Source of the DNA: Azolla caroliniana
Taxonomy: Eukaryota > Plantae > Polypodiophyta
Reading direction: 5' to 3'
Length of the DNA: 64,000 bases
NCBI GenBank assembly: GCA_043228905.1
Contig: JBHGNT010000004.1
Location: 14,012,001 to 14,076,000 of the forward strand
Under the pieces are notes generated by a model. That model was not told where the DNA came from. It worked only from the letters and a program-made list of their open reading frames with translations, and searched no databases. This document shows positions 10,501 through 23,117 of this stretch, in pieces (positions within the stretch are counted from its first letter, which is position 1; every line of letters starts with the position of its first letter). A program made the position numbers and the translations under genes.

Positions 10501-13373
10501 TGCGACGCTTTTACGCGCTGTGAAATGGCCATTTCCCGTTCCAACGCTTCCTGCGCTTGCCGTAACTCCCGGATTGCGTCTTTATCCGGTTCTGCTTCAG
10601 CCTCTTCTGGTTGCGGTAAGTATGGTGCTACTGCTTCGGCAATGTCAATTTCGAAGAGGGGTATGATCTTCGGGTTTTCCTGCAAGTACTGAGCTTCTTC
10701 TTCGTCAGCTAACCCTTCTAGCATGTTGACGCATTCCGCATACAACGGTGTACATTCCTTGCCAGTGCTCGTCCTTGGCTGTGTTGATACCCGTACCTTG
10801 GCTTTTCCTCGCCGGAAGGTAATTATATTTTTCCTCCAATTCTGTTTGATATGTGCCGTTTTTAACCATGGCCGCCCCAGCAATAGCGGGTATGCGCCTT
10901 GTGCCTGTAATTGTAGCACTACTACCGAGATGTGAAATGTATGACCGCCGACGGTGACTTCTAATTTCCGTATTAATCCTGTCGGCCGCACTGAGCTTGT
11001 ATCGGCCATCCGCAACCAGAACGGACACGGCTCCCACTCGTGGATTCCTAGGGCATCACACGTCCGGAGGCTTATTACATTCACCCTAGAGCCTCCGTCT
11101 ATAAGTGTGCCGGGAAGTTCTTTCCCTTTTACAATGGCAGTGATTACCGGACTGCTGGTGTCCACCACCGTTGGTCCCTCCTCCGGATTCGAGAAGAGTA
11201 CCGGTGCCGGTGATGGTTCTCCTGCCGTCATGGCCATCTTCAGTCCTTCCGTGAATCTTGGCACGAGTTGTAGGAGTCTTCCTAGTGGCAACGTAATCTG
11301 ACATTCTTGCAACGCCTGCCATGTCTCGTTCTCGGAGTGACTACCGCCGGCAAGCCCTACGATGTTCTCCTTTTGCCGCTGTAAGTTTGTGACATTCTGC
11401 TCGTTTGCTTTCTTTACCCATTCCGTTGCTTGTTTCCGGATGGTCTCCTGCGTCTCCCATTCCTTGGCCATGCCTTTCGACCTTGTGGTCACCTGCTGCA
11501 GATCTACCACCTCAGGGACTACCATATTTACCGCCGGTCGTTTTTCATAGCTCTTCACCGGGCATTGGTTACTATAATGGGCTTCCTGTTGGCAGTAGTA
11601 GCAGTAGGCTTTCCGGGTATTGCTGGATTCGGCATTGTCTGTTGTACCTGGGGCAGGTCCTGTGGTACGCGCGGGGTTTTGGACCGGTAGGCTGCTTGGA
11701 GCTCCTTGTTTCGGATCCCGTGGGTAGCCGCCTTTCTTAAAATGCCGTTTTTTGTTATAGCTCTTCTTATTGCGGTACTCTTGACGGGGTTGCCCGTTAT
11801 ATCTGCTGTATTCCTCCTGTTGTTGACAATATCCGGGGGAGTGCTCCCGGTCGTAATGTTCGTATCGTCTATTGTAATCCCGGTACCGATCATGCCGGTC
11901 ATAGTTATCCCGCCGATCACCGTACCAGACATCCTTCTCCCGTCGATCGCCATACCGGACATCCTGTGCCGGTCGGTCGCGGTCCATTCGTCGCCAGCGT
12001 TCCTCTTCTTCATCTTGGTTGCTGCGTGGCTCAATTTGTCGGACGGGCGGTGCTTGCCAGTTCAACAGATTATACTCGCACCTATCCGTCGTATGGCTCT
12101 TGGATTGACAAATTACACATTGCGTCCTCATAGTGCATTCTAGAGCTGAGTGTCCGGAATTCAAGCAGGTTGTGCACTGTATTGCTTGCCGAAACCGGAG
12201 GTCTTCATCGGACGGTAACGCTCGTTGGAGTGCTCCCAGTGTGAGCCAGGAGCTTGTCTTTTCCATCTCTCTCACCCGGTCAATGACCTGGTCGATGGTA
12301 CTTGTGCGGAAGTCAATTACCGTGCAAACCGTGCGTAGGGGTTCCCGGAGCGCGTTTAGGAATATAGTCCGAAATTCCTCCTCCGGGGGTGCGCGGGCAA
12401 CCTGACTATGCATCCGTTGAAACCGGATGACAAATTGGGGAATGCTCTCCCCTGCCTCCTGTCGGATGGTATAAAATAAGCCTACCATTACGGTCTGGTC
12501 CACCTCCTTTTGGAAAAAATGCAAGAATTTAGCTTTTAAATCTGCAAAGGTGTTGATGGTAGACGGGTCCTGCGTCCGGCGCCATCTTGCTGCCGGTCCC
12601 TCCAATGTGACGCCAAATTCCGCTATCTTAGAGCGTTCTTATTCATCCGGGGTCAATCGCTGGGACACATGGTTGGCTTCCCATGTCTGTTCAAAGGCGT
12701 GCACATGAGCTTCCGCGTCCGGATCATCTCTATCCTTGGAGTACTGGAACGACATGTCGTCGTCCGGTATCGGTGCGCGGGCTGGCAGTGTTGGTGCTCG
12801 TTCCGGAATTTTCTCCGGCGTCGGTGGTCTTTCCCGACTTGTTTCCGGTGTCGGTGGTCTTTCCCGATTTGTTTCCGGCGTCGGTGGTTTTTCCTCTTCT
12901 TTTGGTGACGGAGGCCTCTCCTCTTCGACTTCCGGTGTCGGAGGTCGCTCTTCCTCTGCTGGTTCCGGGGGTTCCAGCGTTAGCACTTCCGGTTCCGGTA
13001 TCGGTAAGGTATCCGATCCTTCATCCTCCGGTCCGCCCGGGGTTTCATTGCTGCTATGGTAGTTCGTGTGCACGCTGTATTCCCCTTCGGAGTCTGATTC
13101 ATATGCTGAAAAGGCTTCTGCTTCGCCTTCTCCATTTGCCAACGCGTGGAGAAGGGATTCGGTTTCCCGGAGGCTGCTTAGGCTGCTTCCGTCATCCGGG
13201 TGCGATGTTTGCTGTAACCAGAGGGAGTCCTCCGCTACTCTCCAGATTACGTTGGAAAACGAGTGATCCGCTCTAATTTCCTGCGCCGCTTGTTGGAAAG
13301 CCTCACGTCTCCTTTGCCTTTCGGCAAGGCGTCGAGTTCGATCTGTAACCAGGTCGTGCGTTGATCTAGACAT
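7557..13373 (-). pseudogene. Gypsy-1 gag-pol polyprotein, single frame with four nonsense stops (12639, 10011, 9591, 7998)
   Basis: CCHC knuckles, protease LIDGGS, RT VFLDDF, RH VFVDTSDIAIG, INT zinc finger, WGLDFVGP core and WTGPY. Consecutive called ORFs are all in frame. Confidence 0.93.
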
Positions 13374-13409
13374 CCATCCGTGCCGTCGTTCGCTGCAAAA
13401 ACAGGAATC

Positions 13410-13419
13410 GTGGTCGCCA
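13410..13419 (-). promoter_or_regulatory. Primer-binding site of Gypsy-1 (tRNA-Arg, probably UCG type)
   Basis: Minus-strand TGGCGACCAC, 7 nt after the 5' LTR; complementary to the recalled plant tRNA-Arg end GTGGTCGCCA. Confidence 0.75.
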
Positions 13420-13426
13420 AAAACTG

Positions 13427-13861
13427 TGTTAACTCTTAGGGCCGGACAGTGGCCTAACACAGGGTGTCTACGGAAGACACTTCACCAAAGGGTGTTATGG
13501 CAACCGGATTAGACTCAACGCTTAATCCGACTTAATTAAGTTACTTAGCATGATCGTCTTTCATAATCACACGCGTAAGATATAACAATTAAGACAGAAT
13601 GGCAATTAACACAGAGAGATAACAACGCTAAGCTTTTATTAATTAACCGCTATTCATTACATTGTATTCGGGCCTTTAAATAGGTTTCCGGTCTGTATTA
13701 CAAAACGGTGCCATCCGCACCTGTTCGGGATCGGTCCGGATCTAGAATGGCATACCGATTCCGGTCCGTCCGTCCACACTCATAGCTTAATTACAACCAC
13801 ATTCCTACTACTTAAATAACTCTCCGTTTCCCACTCTGGACTCCTTTGCCGGCCGGTAACA
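13427..13861 (-). repeat. 5' LTR of Gypsy-1
   Basis: Direct repeat of 3910-4344, followed on the minus strand by the PBS and gag. Confidence 0.96.
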
Positions 13862-14794
13862 CATATCCTCAACCATCTTGGAATACATGGGTGCTCGCTT
13901 AAGGTTCATGCTCAAGTGCGATTGTTTATTATCTTCAATAGCCTTCTCACAATCAAACCTATGCATACATTTGAGATTAATACATAAAGGCCTATGATCG
14001 GATTCCGGTGTCCATTCACCAAGTGAGAATTTATGTATACAATCCAAAATACCTTTGGAAAGTAGCACATAATCAATCACACTATTGCCGTTGTGTTTTC
14101 TACATGTAAAACCATTAGTGTTGGGCCATGAGGAAATACCATTTGCAATAAGCAATCCGGTTGTATTGCACATTTGTAGGAGTAACTTCCCAAATTGGTC
14201 CGGATCTTTTTCATCGCTAGAAGAGCGGTTATACATTTGCATATCCTCTTGCATCCTTGAGATATGTGGCATGAAAGATTCTTGTGAATCAAGTTGGAAA
14301 CTTCTTGTATGAGCATTCATGTCACCAAAGACAATAACTTCCCCTTTGGATTTGAAATAAGCAATATCATCTTCTAGATTGGCAAACGGTTGATCTTTAT
14401 CCAAACAAGCATAAAAGTTCGAATCTTGATGAGGAATGTAACATCCAACTACAAAAGTGGGCAAATCATTAGGTGTTTCTATTTTGAGCCATATGTAGCA
14501 TTTATTTTCATCATTTTTTATGATTGACACATATTTCTCTATTTCCTTCTTAATCAAACATGCCACCCCTCCTTGTCCTCTTCTTTGTCTTGGATTTTTC
14601 TTCCATATCAAAGAGTGTACATTATAGTTTCCTAAACCTTGAATCCTTTGAGTATCATGCTCCCATGTTTCAACAAGAAGTGTGATATCCGAGTCATCGG
14701 TGAACTCCTCTATGCCAAATCCCGCATTCCATGGGTATCCATTGCAATTCCAAAAGCATAGTCGTAAAAGGCATGGGTTGGTCTCATAGATCAC
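13862..14794 (-). pseudogene. LINE ORF2 AP-endonuclease domain
   Basis: WNCNG, LLVETW, GGVACL, GCYIP, FGDMNAH, SVIDYVL and SDHRP motifs. Confidence 0.93.
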
Positions 14795-14800
14795 GTGTCC

Positions 14801-15670
14801 TTATTTGCCTACATTTCCATCTTTAGGCACATCCTTAACCTTGTTTTTCAATCTTTCTTCATATGCTTTACGACGAGCATTTTGTTGTGAGATAGTACGA
14901 TCTTCACTCACAAAGCATTGTGTACCTTTGAGGTATACCCAACTATTTTCGAGTATGATTCGCCGCTTTGTATCATTTGTCATTGTGCATACAATAGGCC
15001 TTTCTCTTGAGCGAGTAACACCATGTTTCTCAACTCGGTGTGCCCCATATACATTCACATCTGACATCCCATAATGCATGTTAAAAAATTCACCAATGGC
15101 CTTTCCAAGGGATGCGGGTGTTTCCTTACTCTCTTCTTTAATCCCACGGACGACAATGTTCTTTGATCGTCGTTCATGTTCTTTCAATTCTCGGACATCT
15201 ATGCTTTCTATATTCTTCTCTTAATGCATCACATGCATATTAGATGAGTTTGATAACACATCCCCACCACATACATCGTCCCATGACTTCGTTGTACATA
15301 CATTTTTCATCTCACTTACATCCCGCCTCATCGTGTCCAATTTTTCTTCTTTTAATGCTTCCTTTAACTCAATCTTGTTAAGGCACTCATTTGTTTCAAA
15401 AGAAACTCTTTTACATTCTTGAATCTCTTCTTGAAGTTTTGCAACCACTTGTTTAAGACTTTCATTCTCAATGACAACACTTTGGAGCTTAGTATTCTCT
15501 TTTATTAACATCCTAATCTCTTCACCTTGCTTGTTTATGGTTTCTTGAAGAGAAATCAAGTGACTCATAAGCATTTTGTCCATTGCATTAGAATCGAGAT
15601 TTGTTGGTGATCTCGGCTCATTATCAATCATACCCCCGAACTTTACGGCGGTTTTACGAGTATTTGCCAT
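14801..15670 (-). pseudogene. LINE ORF1 (coiled coil plus RRM-like region), one in-frame stop at 15221
   Basis: Coiled-coil N-terminus, then ERRSKNIVVRGIKE...AHRV...RPIVC...VSEDRT, typical of CR1/L2/RTEX-group ORF1. Ends 6 nt before ORF2. Confidence 0.85.
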
Positions 15671-15933
15671 TGTACGGACAAACCCTACCGGAAAAGAGAG
15701 ACAGAGAGGGAAGGAGAGAGAATGTACCTTTCACTCGATTTAGGGCTTCAAAATCTACCTTCCGTTTGAGGAACCGTGGGGCAAAGATGGCTGCGGATGA
15801 AAATGCTCATAACTTCTCGCCACGGTAACGAAATTCGGTAAATGAACATTCTTTAGAAAGCTCTCTCACAGAGCTTTCCAACGACCTATAGAACGTAGAA
15901 AATGATGGCCGGAGTGAACTTATAGAGAGCTTT

Positions 15934-15937
<4 letters not shown>

Positions 15938-15999
<62 letters not shown>
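15938..15999 (+). repeat. (GA)n microsatellite inside LTR H
   Basis: About 31 perfect GA units. Confidence 0.95.
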
Positions 16000-16003
<4 letters not shown>

Positions 16004-16299
16004 ACACAAGGTTCAGTATATTAACAAAGGAGAAAGACACGACACTGAACAAGGAGGGACGAGGGTGCTTTATATAGTCACCCTCTCTCTTCATTAACTA
16101 CATGACTCATGGAGTATGGGGAATGTGAAAGCTCATAAGTTATGTGTCATAGAATATGATTCTATGACTCATACTAAATGCTAGAATACAAAGTGGTGAC
16201 TTAATGGTGACTCTTGACCGTTGGAGTGTCTATTCACTCTCAAGGTGAGTTCACACACTAGACCAAGTTGAGCTTGATTCTCAACAGTTCCCAACGATT

Positions 16300-19065
16300 T
16301 ACTATGTGAAAACGGGTATATCAATGGATCTCCCGTACAATTTTTATTTGATTCAGGAAGCTCACACAATTTTGTGAATCATCGTTTGGTTCAGATATGG
16401 GGAATCCAACCCACCGTAAGTGATCACACCTACACGGTGCACTTGGCTGATGGAAGAGTACAATACATGAACGGGGCGATTCATTCATTAGGAATTTCTA
16501 TTAATACTTATATAGAGGAAGTAAACTTCCATGTAATGAATCTTTGTACCACCGATGTAATACTGGGTTATCCCTGGTTTTATAATAAAAACTCTTCTTT
16601 ATCTATAGATTGGGTTCATCATTCAATTATATTTGTACTGAACGATTGTACTCATTTTATTCAATGTGTAAAAAAACAATCCCTCTCGATTGTTTCCTCG
16701 TGTCTATCAATATCCGAGTTATCTTGTTCTACTCTATTTTATGGTGTACTTGATCTAGACATTCATGTTTACAATATCGATAATGTCTCGGTTCAATTAA
16801 CATATTTTGAACAACAACAACTTGACGAAATCTTAAATGATTTTCGTGATGTTTTTCCGGGTGAACTGCCTAATGGGTTACCTCCTAAACGTAATATAGA
16901 CCATCATATAGATATTGTACCTGGCATTGCACCAATAAGTATACCTCCTTATCGCTTAAGTCGATCCGAAGAGGATGAGGTATTTAAGCAACTCAAGGAC
17001 TATTTACGAATGGGTTATATACATTATAGTAAATCTCCATGGGGTGCACCAGTTCTCTTGGTTAAAAAGAAAGAGGGCACATGGCGTATGTGTATTAATT
17101 ACCGACACTTGAATAAAGTGACAATCAAGAATTCGTATCCATTGCCTCGGGCTGACGATCTAATTGATCGTCTCCAGGGAGCTCGGTATTTTACGAAACT
17201 TGATCTCCGTACTAGCTACCATCAAATACGTATAAGTGAGGATGATGTTCCTAAAACAACATTTCGTATGCGCTATGGCCATTATGAGTTTCTGGCTATG
17301 CCTTTTGGTTTGACCAATGCTCCAACTACATTTCAACAAGAAATGAATGACATTTTCTGAGAACAACTTGGAAAATTTGTCATTTTTTTCTTGGTTAATA
17401 TTTTAGTTTATAGCCGTACATTACAAGAACATGCTAAACATGTCCGCTTTGTTTTACAAACATTGCGTGAAAAACAGTTTTATGCGAAGATCTCAAAATG
17501 TGAGTTCTTTAAGAAATCAATTACTTATCTTGGACATCTCATAACCGAACGAGGAGTTGAAATTGATCCTTCTCGCATCGAGAAAATCAAGCTTTGGCCC
17601 ACTCTTCGGAATATTCGAGAAGTTTGATCATTCCTTGGTTTTGTCGGGTTTTTGCGAAAATCCCTTCGTAATTACTCCCAATTGACGACGCCGTTTACTA
17701 ATCTTCTAAAAGGTCAAATGCGTAAGTCTACAAAACCTATTGTGTGGAATGCTACACTAGACCTCGCCTTTAAGGAACTCAAGGACCTGGTATGCAAGGC
17801 TCCTTCACTTCTTTTACTCGATCCTTCAAAACCTTTTGAGGTTGAAACCGATGCAAGCGATTATGCTATAGGTGTTGTCTTATATCAAGATGGTAAAACA
17901 ATAGCATTCGAGAGTAAGAAAATTGATTCTGTTGAATGTCGGTATACTGTTCAAGAAAAGGAATTATTTGCAGTTATACATGCGCTCAAAACATGGCGCC
18001 ATTATCTTTATGGAAATCGCTTTGTGGTAACTATGAACCAGGAGTCATTGAAATATTTTTGTAACCAACAAAAGCTGAAAGGTCGTAAGGCACAATGGGC
18101 TGATCTCATCCAGGACTTTCATTTTTCCATACGATATCGTAAAGGTTCCATGAACACTGTCGCTGATGCACTAAGTCGCATCCGTGAAGTTAACATGCTT
18201 AGGTTCACTGAAATAACATCAGATCTTTATGATCACCTTCGAGGGAAGTATCCTGATGATAGTTATTTCGCAAAATACTGGGCAAGAGTTGAGTCTGGAA
18301 CAGACACCGCCACATCCTCGAAGGAATACTTCCACATTGCTAACGGTCTGCTCTACCGTAATGGGAAGGTTTGTGTTCCAGATTTACCCGAGGTCAAAAA
18401 GAGGATTCTTTTTTAATGCCATGATGCACCCTCAGCAGGGCACCCTAGAATACATCGTACACTCATTCTCATCTCCACTCAATTTTATTGGCCTAAGATG
18501 CGCCCTGACATACATAGCTATGTGACTAAATGTCCCCAATGTCAGGTTAACAAAGCTGAGCGACTTAAAGCCGCAGGACTTTTACATCCCTTGGACATTC
18601 CCAATAATAAGTGGGAAAGTATATCCATGGATTTTATTGTTAGCCTTCTTCGCACCCAAAAAGGCCATGATGCCATCTGGGTTGTGGTTGATCGACTAAC
18701 TAAAATGGCCAGATTTATTGCTACTAAAACCACGGTAACAGCTCCTGAATTGGCTTACCAATTCGTTGACGAGTTATTTCGTTTTTATGGGTTACCGATG
18801 GATATCGTGAGTGATCGAGATTCAAAATTTACTAGTGACTTCTGGACGCAAGTCTTTAAGAAGTTAGAAACTACGTTGAGCATGAGCTCCACGGATCATC
18901 CTCAATCCGATGGACAAACAGAACGAGTAAATCAAGTTATTGAGGACATGCTTCGAGCATATGTTGCTGCAAAACCAACAAAATGGGAACGTTATCTCCC
19001 AATTTTGGAGTTTGCTTATAACAGCTCCAAGCATATGTCGACGTGATATAGTCCTTTTATGTTGA
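16300..19065 (+). pseudogene. Degenerate chromovirus-type (Tcn1-like) gypsy pol, PR-RT-RH-INT
   Basis: [40 protein letters not shown] and HPQSDGQTER. Several stops and frameshifts; truncated after the INT core. Confidence 0.9.
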
Positions 19066-20300
19066 GAGGAAGTCAATGAACACCCCTCTTGAAGACAAAT
19101 CTACGAGTCACACAGGTGAGTCTTTTCATGTTGTTAAAGTTCATACCAACCACTTAAGTTAATGTGAATGCACTTTTCCTTCACATTTACTTGGACCTAA
19201 TGATTTACTCCGAGCAATCGGGTATATCAATGGAACACAAGCACATTTCTTATTTGATTTCGGTAGTTCTCACAATTTTCTTAATGATCACTTTGTGCAA
19301 CAAATGGAACTCCACATAAACGCAAGTGATCATATTTATCAAGTTCACATAGCAAATGGAAGTGTTCAATACATCAATGGCATTGTTTGTCAACTACCAA
19401 TTCAAATAGATACATATTTGGAGAAGCTTGACTTTCATGTTATGAAACTACAATCTGCAGATGTCATTTTAGGATACCCTTGGTTTTTTAATAAAAACCC
19501 TTCTTTGTCCATTGATTGGGTTAATCACTCAATCACATTTGAACTTAATAATGGTAAACATTTTATTCAATGTTCCAAATCTTTAAGTGAGTATTCAAGT
19601 TCATTAATTTATTCGTGTGTAATTGATCCTGCGCTTCAATTTTATTATTTTAATATTGACGCCACACAATTACCACATTATGAACAACGATTACTCGACT
19701 CTATTTTAGACGATTTTCAAGACGTGTTTCCTAAGGAATTGCCACTTTACCACCAAAACGTAATGTGGACCATCAAATTGAACTCATTCTTGGTGCTGTT
19801 CCGGTGAGCATTCCACCTTACCGACTTAGTCGATTAGAAGAGGATGAGATCGCTAAACAAATTAAGGAATACTTGAGTATGGGCCACATTAGGTATAGTA
19901 AATCACCTTGGGGCGCGCTAGTTCTATTAGTAAAGAAGAAGGAAGGTTCATGGCAAATGTGTATCAATTATCGCCGTTTGAATAAAAAGACAATTAAAAA
20001 TGCATATCTGTTACCTCGTGCTAATGATTTGATTGATCGTTTGCATGGGGCTCGATATTTTACGAAAATTGACTTACGAACAAGTTATCATCAAATTCGC
20101 ATTGCCGAGGATGATATTCCTAAAACTACTTTTCGTACGCACTATGGCCATTATGAGTTTTTAGTCATGCCTTTCGGGTTGACTGATGCTCTAACCACAT
20201 TCCAACAAACGATGAATGACGTTTTCCGAGATCAACTCGGTGATTTTGTTGTCGCTTTCTTGGATGATATTTTGATATATAGCCGTACCCATTTCATTAT
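19066..20300 (+). pseudogene. Second, diverged PR-RT fragment of a related chromovirus-type element
   Basis: [33 protein letters not shown] and [10 protein letters not shown]; ends abruptly at ~20300. Confidence 0.85.
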
Positions 20301-20304
20301 TTAG

Positions 20305-20634
20305 GCGTATCTCTCGACTTGGTGGGTTTGTTCATGCTCATGTGCAAGCTGCTCTTCATAACACACTTTCTTCCTTTGTGCTAATTCCCATAATCCCGTA
20401 ATGGCGACCTCCTTTTTGCTTGCTTCCTCCTCCAGCTTTTCCTTCTCTTCCTTTGTTCGGCCATGTGTCGCTACCTCCACATCGAGCTTATCTTGAAGTG
20501 TTTTGACCGCCTTGCGTCCTTTCGCCCTGATGTCTGCTTCTTTGTCAGATGATTGGTGGAGCTATGATATGAGGCGGTCAATCTCCGTTTCAGCTAGCTT
20601 CATAGGCCTTTTTGGTTTTGCCGTGAGTGCTGCT
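20305..20634 (-). pseudogene. Coiled-coil fragment of a Gypsy extra ORF (probable distal piece of Gypsy-2)
   Basis: Minus strand translates to KLAETEIDRL..., resembling KMAETEIERL in the Gypsy-1 extra ORF. Confidence 0.6.
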
Positions 20635-23033
20635 TGTTGAGAAATCGTTGCGGAAATTTAATTCACAATGAACAGACACTGCTGAAATATGAATCACATA
20701 AATATGCCAAGAAAAACAAGATGAACAAGAGTGCACAGAGATTTGCGTGGAAACCCGAAAAACAGGGAAAACCACGGGTGAACAGATTTCTTCACTATAC
20801 AAAGTGGATATACAACATCGAGAGGAATACAACACTCTATCGAGTGTATCAGCCGCACAGGGCTCTTCGCATCTATTGTTACTCACAGAACTATGGTGCG
20901 GCTCACACACACACTCTTTGTCTCTCTCTCACTCTCTCTCTCCCATGCACTACAACTTTTGTATGCACACTATTACACGCTAAAAGTTTGCCCTAGTTGC
21001 ATATCTACTTACGCAACTTTCTGTCTATTTACATACGTAGCCCTCATGGGGTGCACACTTAGACTATTTACAAATATAGTCTCCTGAGTTGGCTATTTAC
21101 ACAATTCCGGTTTCGGCCGAGGCCGATAGGCCGCAACCAAGTCCCACATCAACTCGGCTCCTCGATAGTCGGCTTTCCGAACGGTCGGATCTTCCTCCCA
21201 CTGGAGGGATAGCCTCGGCCGAGTCCCTCATCAACTCGGCTCCTCAACTGTCGGCTTTCCTGACGGTTGGAACTTCCTCCCATTGGAGGGACATATTCCC
21301 AACAAACTCCCCCTTCACTCTTGTGGATGGAAATTTGTCAATCCTGTATTTGGTCGACAGACTCTGAGTGTGTCCAAGGTAGGTTCTTTGTCAGCATGTC
21401 GGATCCATTGTCGTCAATATGGATCTTCTCAAGAGCAAATTCTCCTTCTTCGAGTCTCTCCCGTAACTAGTGATACCTTCTCTGTATGTGCTTGGTCCGG
21501 GAGTGGTATGCCGCGTTCTTGGCTAGGTGTATGGCGCTTTGGCTATCACAATGAAGCAAGAACTCCTTTTGCTTCATGCCTAGTTCGGTGAGAAAATTTC
21601 TCATCCAGATAAGCTCTTTTCCGGCTTCTACCGCTACCATATACTCTACCTCTATAGTCAACAAGGCTACAGACTTTTGCAGTCATGATTGCCATGACAC
21701 TGCTCCCCCTACATAGGTCATCACGTACCCTGACGTGGATCGGCTCGAGTCGACATCTCCTGACACGTTCGAATTGGTAAAACCTTCCATCACAGGTTTT
21801 CCGACACCATACCTTAGGCACACACCTGAGGTGCCCCTTAAGTACCTGAGTATCCACTTCACTGCTGCCCAATGTTCTCTCCCTAGATTACTCATATATC
21901 AGCTTATTGCTCCTACAACAAATGCTATGTCCAGTCTCGTACATACCATAGCATACATTAGACTGCCAACGACTGAGGCATATGGTACCTTCCTCATCTC
22001 AGCCTTCTCCTTCTGTCACTTCGAACACTGCTTCGCATTTAATCTGCAATTTGTCGGCAACACGGAGCCGACCGACTTTGCATCTGACATGTTGAACCTC
22101 TCTAAGATCTTCGTCACATACTTTTGTTGTGACAACCATAGCACCTTCCGAGCTCTGTCTCGCATTATGTGCATTCCTAGGATTTGCTTTGCCGGTCCAA
22201 GGTCTTTCATGGCAAATGACTTGCCGAGACCTTTCTTCAAGCTTCCAATCTTCCTTGCATCTTGACCGACTATCAACATATCATCAACATATAGCAAGAG
22301 AATCAAGAAATCTCCTTCCTCGTACCTTTTGACGAACACACAGTGATCGACCTGTGTTTTCTGGAACCGATGTTCCATCATGAAGGACTTGAATTTCTTG
22401 TACCATTGGCGTGGAGCTTGTTTCAGACCGTACAAGCTTTTCCTCAATCGACACACTAGATTCTCTTTCCCTTTTTCTTCAAAGCCTTCAGGTTGATGCA
22501 TGTAGATCTCTTCGCCCAAATTGCCGTGCAGAAATGTGGTTTTGACATCCAACTGTTTGATCTCCAGATCCATGCTGGCCACTATGCTTAGAACAGTTCG
22601 AATCGATGTCATCTTCACGACTGGTGCGAATATTTCGTCAAAGTTGACGCCCTTCCTTTGTCGGAAACCCTTCACCACTATGCGGGCTTTATACCTAGGC
22701 TTGTTGTCGACTTCTCCAGTCTTCACCTTGTCGACCCATTTATTCTTGAGTGCTTTTTTACCTTTCAGTAGCTCTACTAGTGTTGGGATTTCGGTCCCTC
22801 CGGATGGGATGTCCGGAGATGAATGACGGCAAGCCCGGTTGCGGTTACGGAACCGGATGATGAAGAGTACCCGGCATGAAGCCGGATGACGAGTACCCGG
22901 TTACGGATCCGGATGCTGAAGATCCCGGTTACGGAGCCGGATGATGAAGACCCCGGTTACGGAACCGGATGATGAAGACCCCGGTTACGGAACCGGATGA
23001 TGAATGTACCCGGAGAGAGATCCGGATGCGGGG

Positions 23034-23117
23034 ACATATTTGTGAATATGTTTGCCAAGAGCCCTTGAGGCTATATTTGTAAATAGCCCGAAAGTCATAT
23101 GTGTATAAATATGACTT
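23034..23117 (+). promoter_or_regulatory. LTR promoter core: three consecutive palindromes, the last enclosing the TATA box
   Basis: ACATATT-TGTG-AATATGT; GGCTATATTTGTAAATAGCC; AAGTCATAT-GTGTATAA-ATATGACTT. Confidence 0.7.

Larger units (their letters stand above)
3910..13861 (-). mobile_element. Gypsy-1: full-length Athila/Tat-related (non-chromovirus) Ty3/gypsy element with an extra 3' ORF
   Basis: 435-bp LTRs at 13427-13861 (5') and 3910-4344 (3'), about 17 mismatches by eye. TSD CATAT (3905-3909, 13862-13866). Domain order gag-PR-RT-RH-INT. Confidence 0.96.
585..15720 (-). mobile_element. Full-length two-ORF non-LTR retrotransposon (RTEX/Crack/L2-group-like LINE), interrupted by a solo LTR and Gypsy-1
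   Basis: CT-rich 5' UTR (~15690-15720), ORF1, and ORF2 with APE + RT + C-terminal Cys/His motif. Short 3' UTR with a GGTCA-AATA-TGACC hairpin (~633-646) and a (TATC)n tail (~585-614). Exact ends are blurred by microsatellites. Confidence 0.85.
488..16190 (-). mobile_element. LTR element H: Met-type PBS plus a 5' LTR split by the LINE (pieces ~515-585 and ~15720-16190)
   Basis: Minus-strand PBS TGGTATCAGAGAG at 502-514 abuts TGTA at 515. The matching TACA terminus is at 16187-16190, with a minus-strand TATA-like motif near 16070. The internal part is cut off by Gypsy-0 at 487. Confidence 0.65.

Noticed and set aside
7557-13373. Programmed stop-codon readthrough in Gypsy-1
   Set aside because: The stops fall inside capsid, RT and INT at conserved residues, and the LTRs are ~4% diverged, consistent with ordinary decay.
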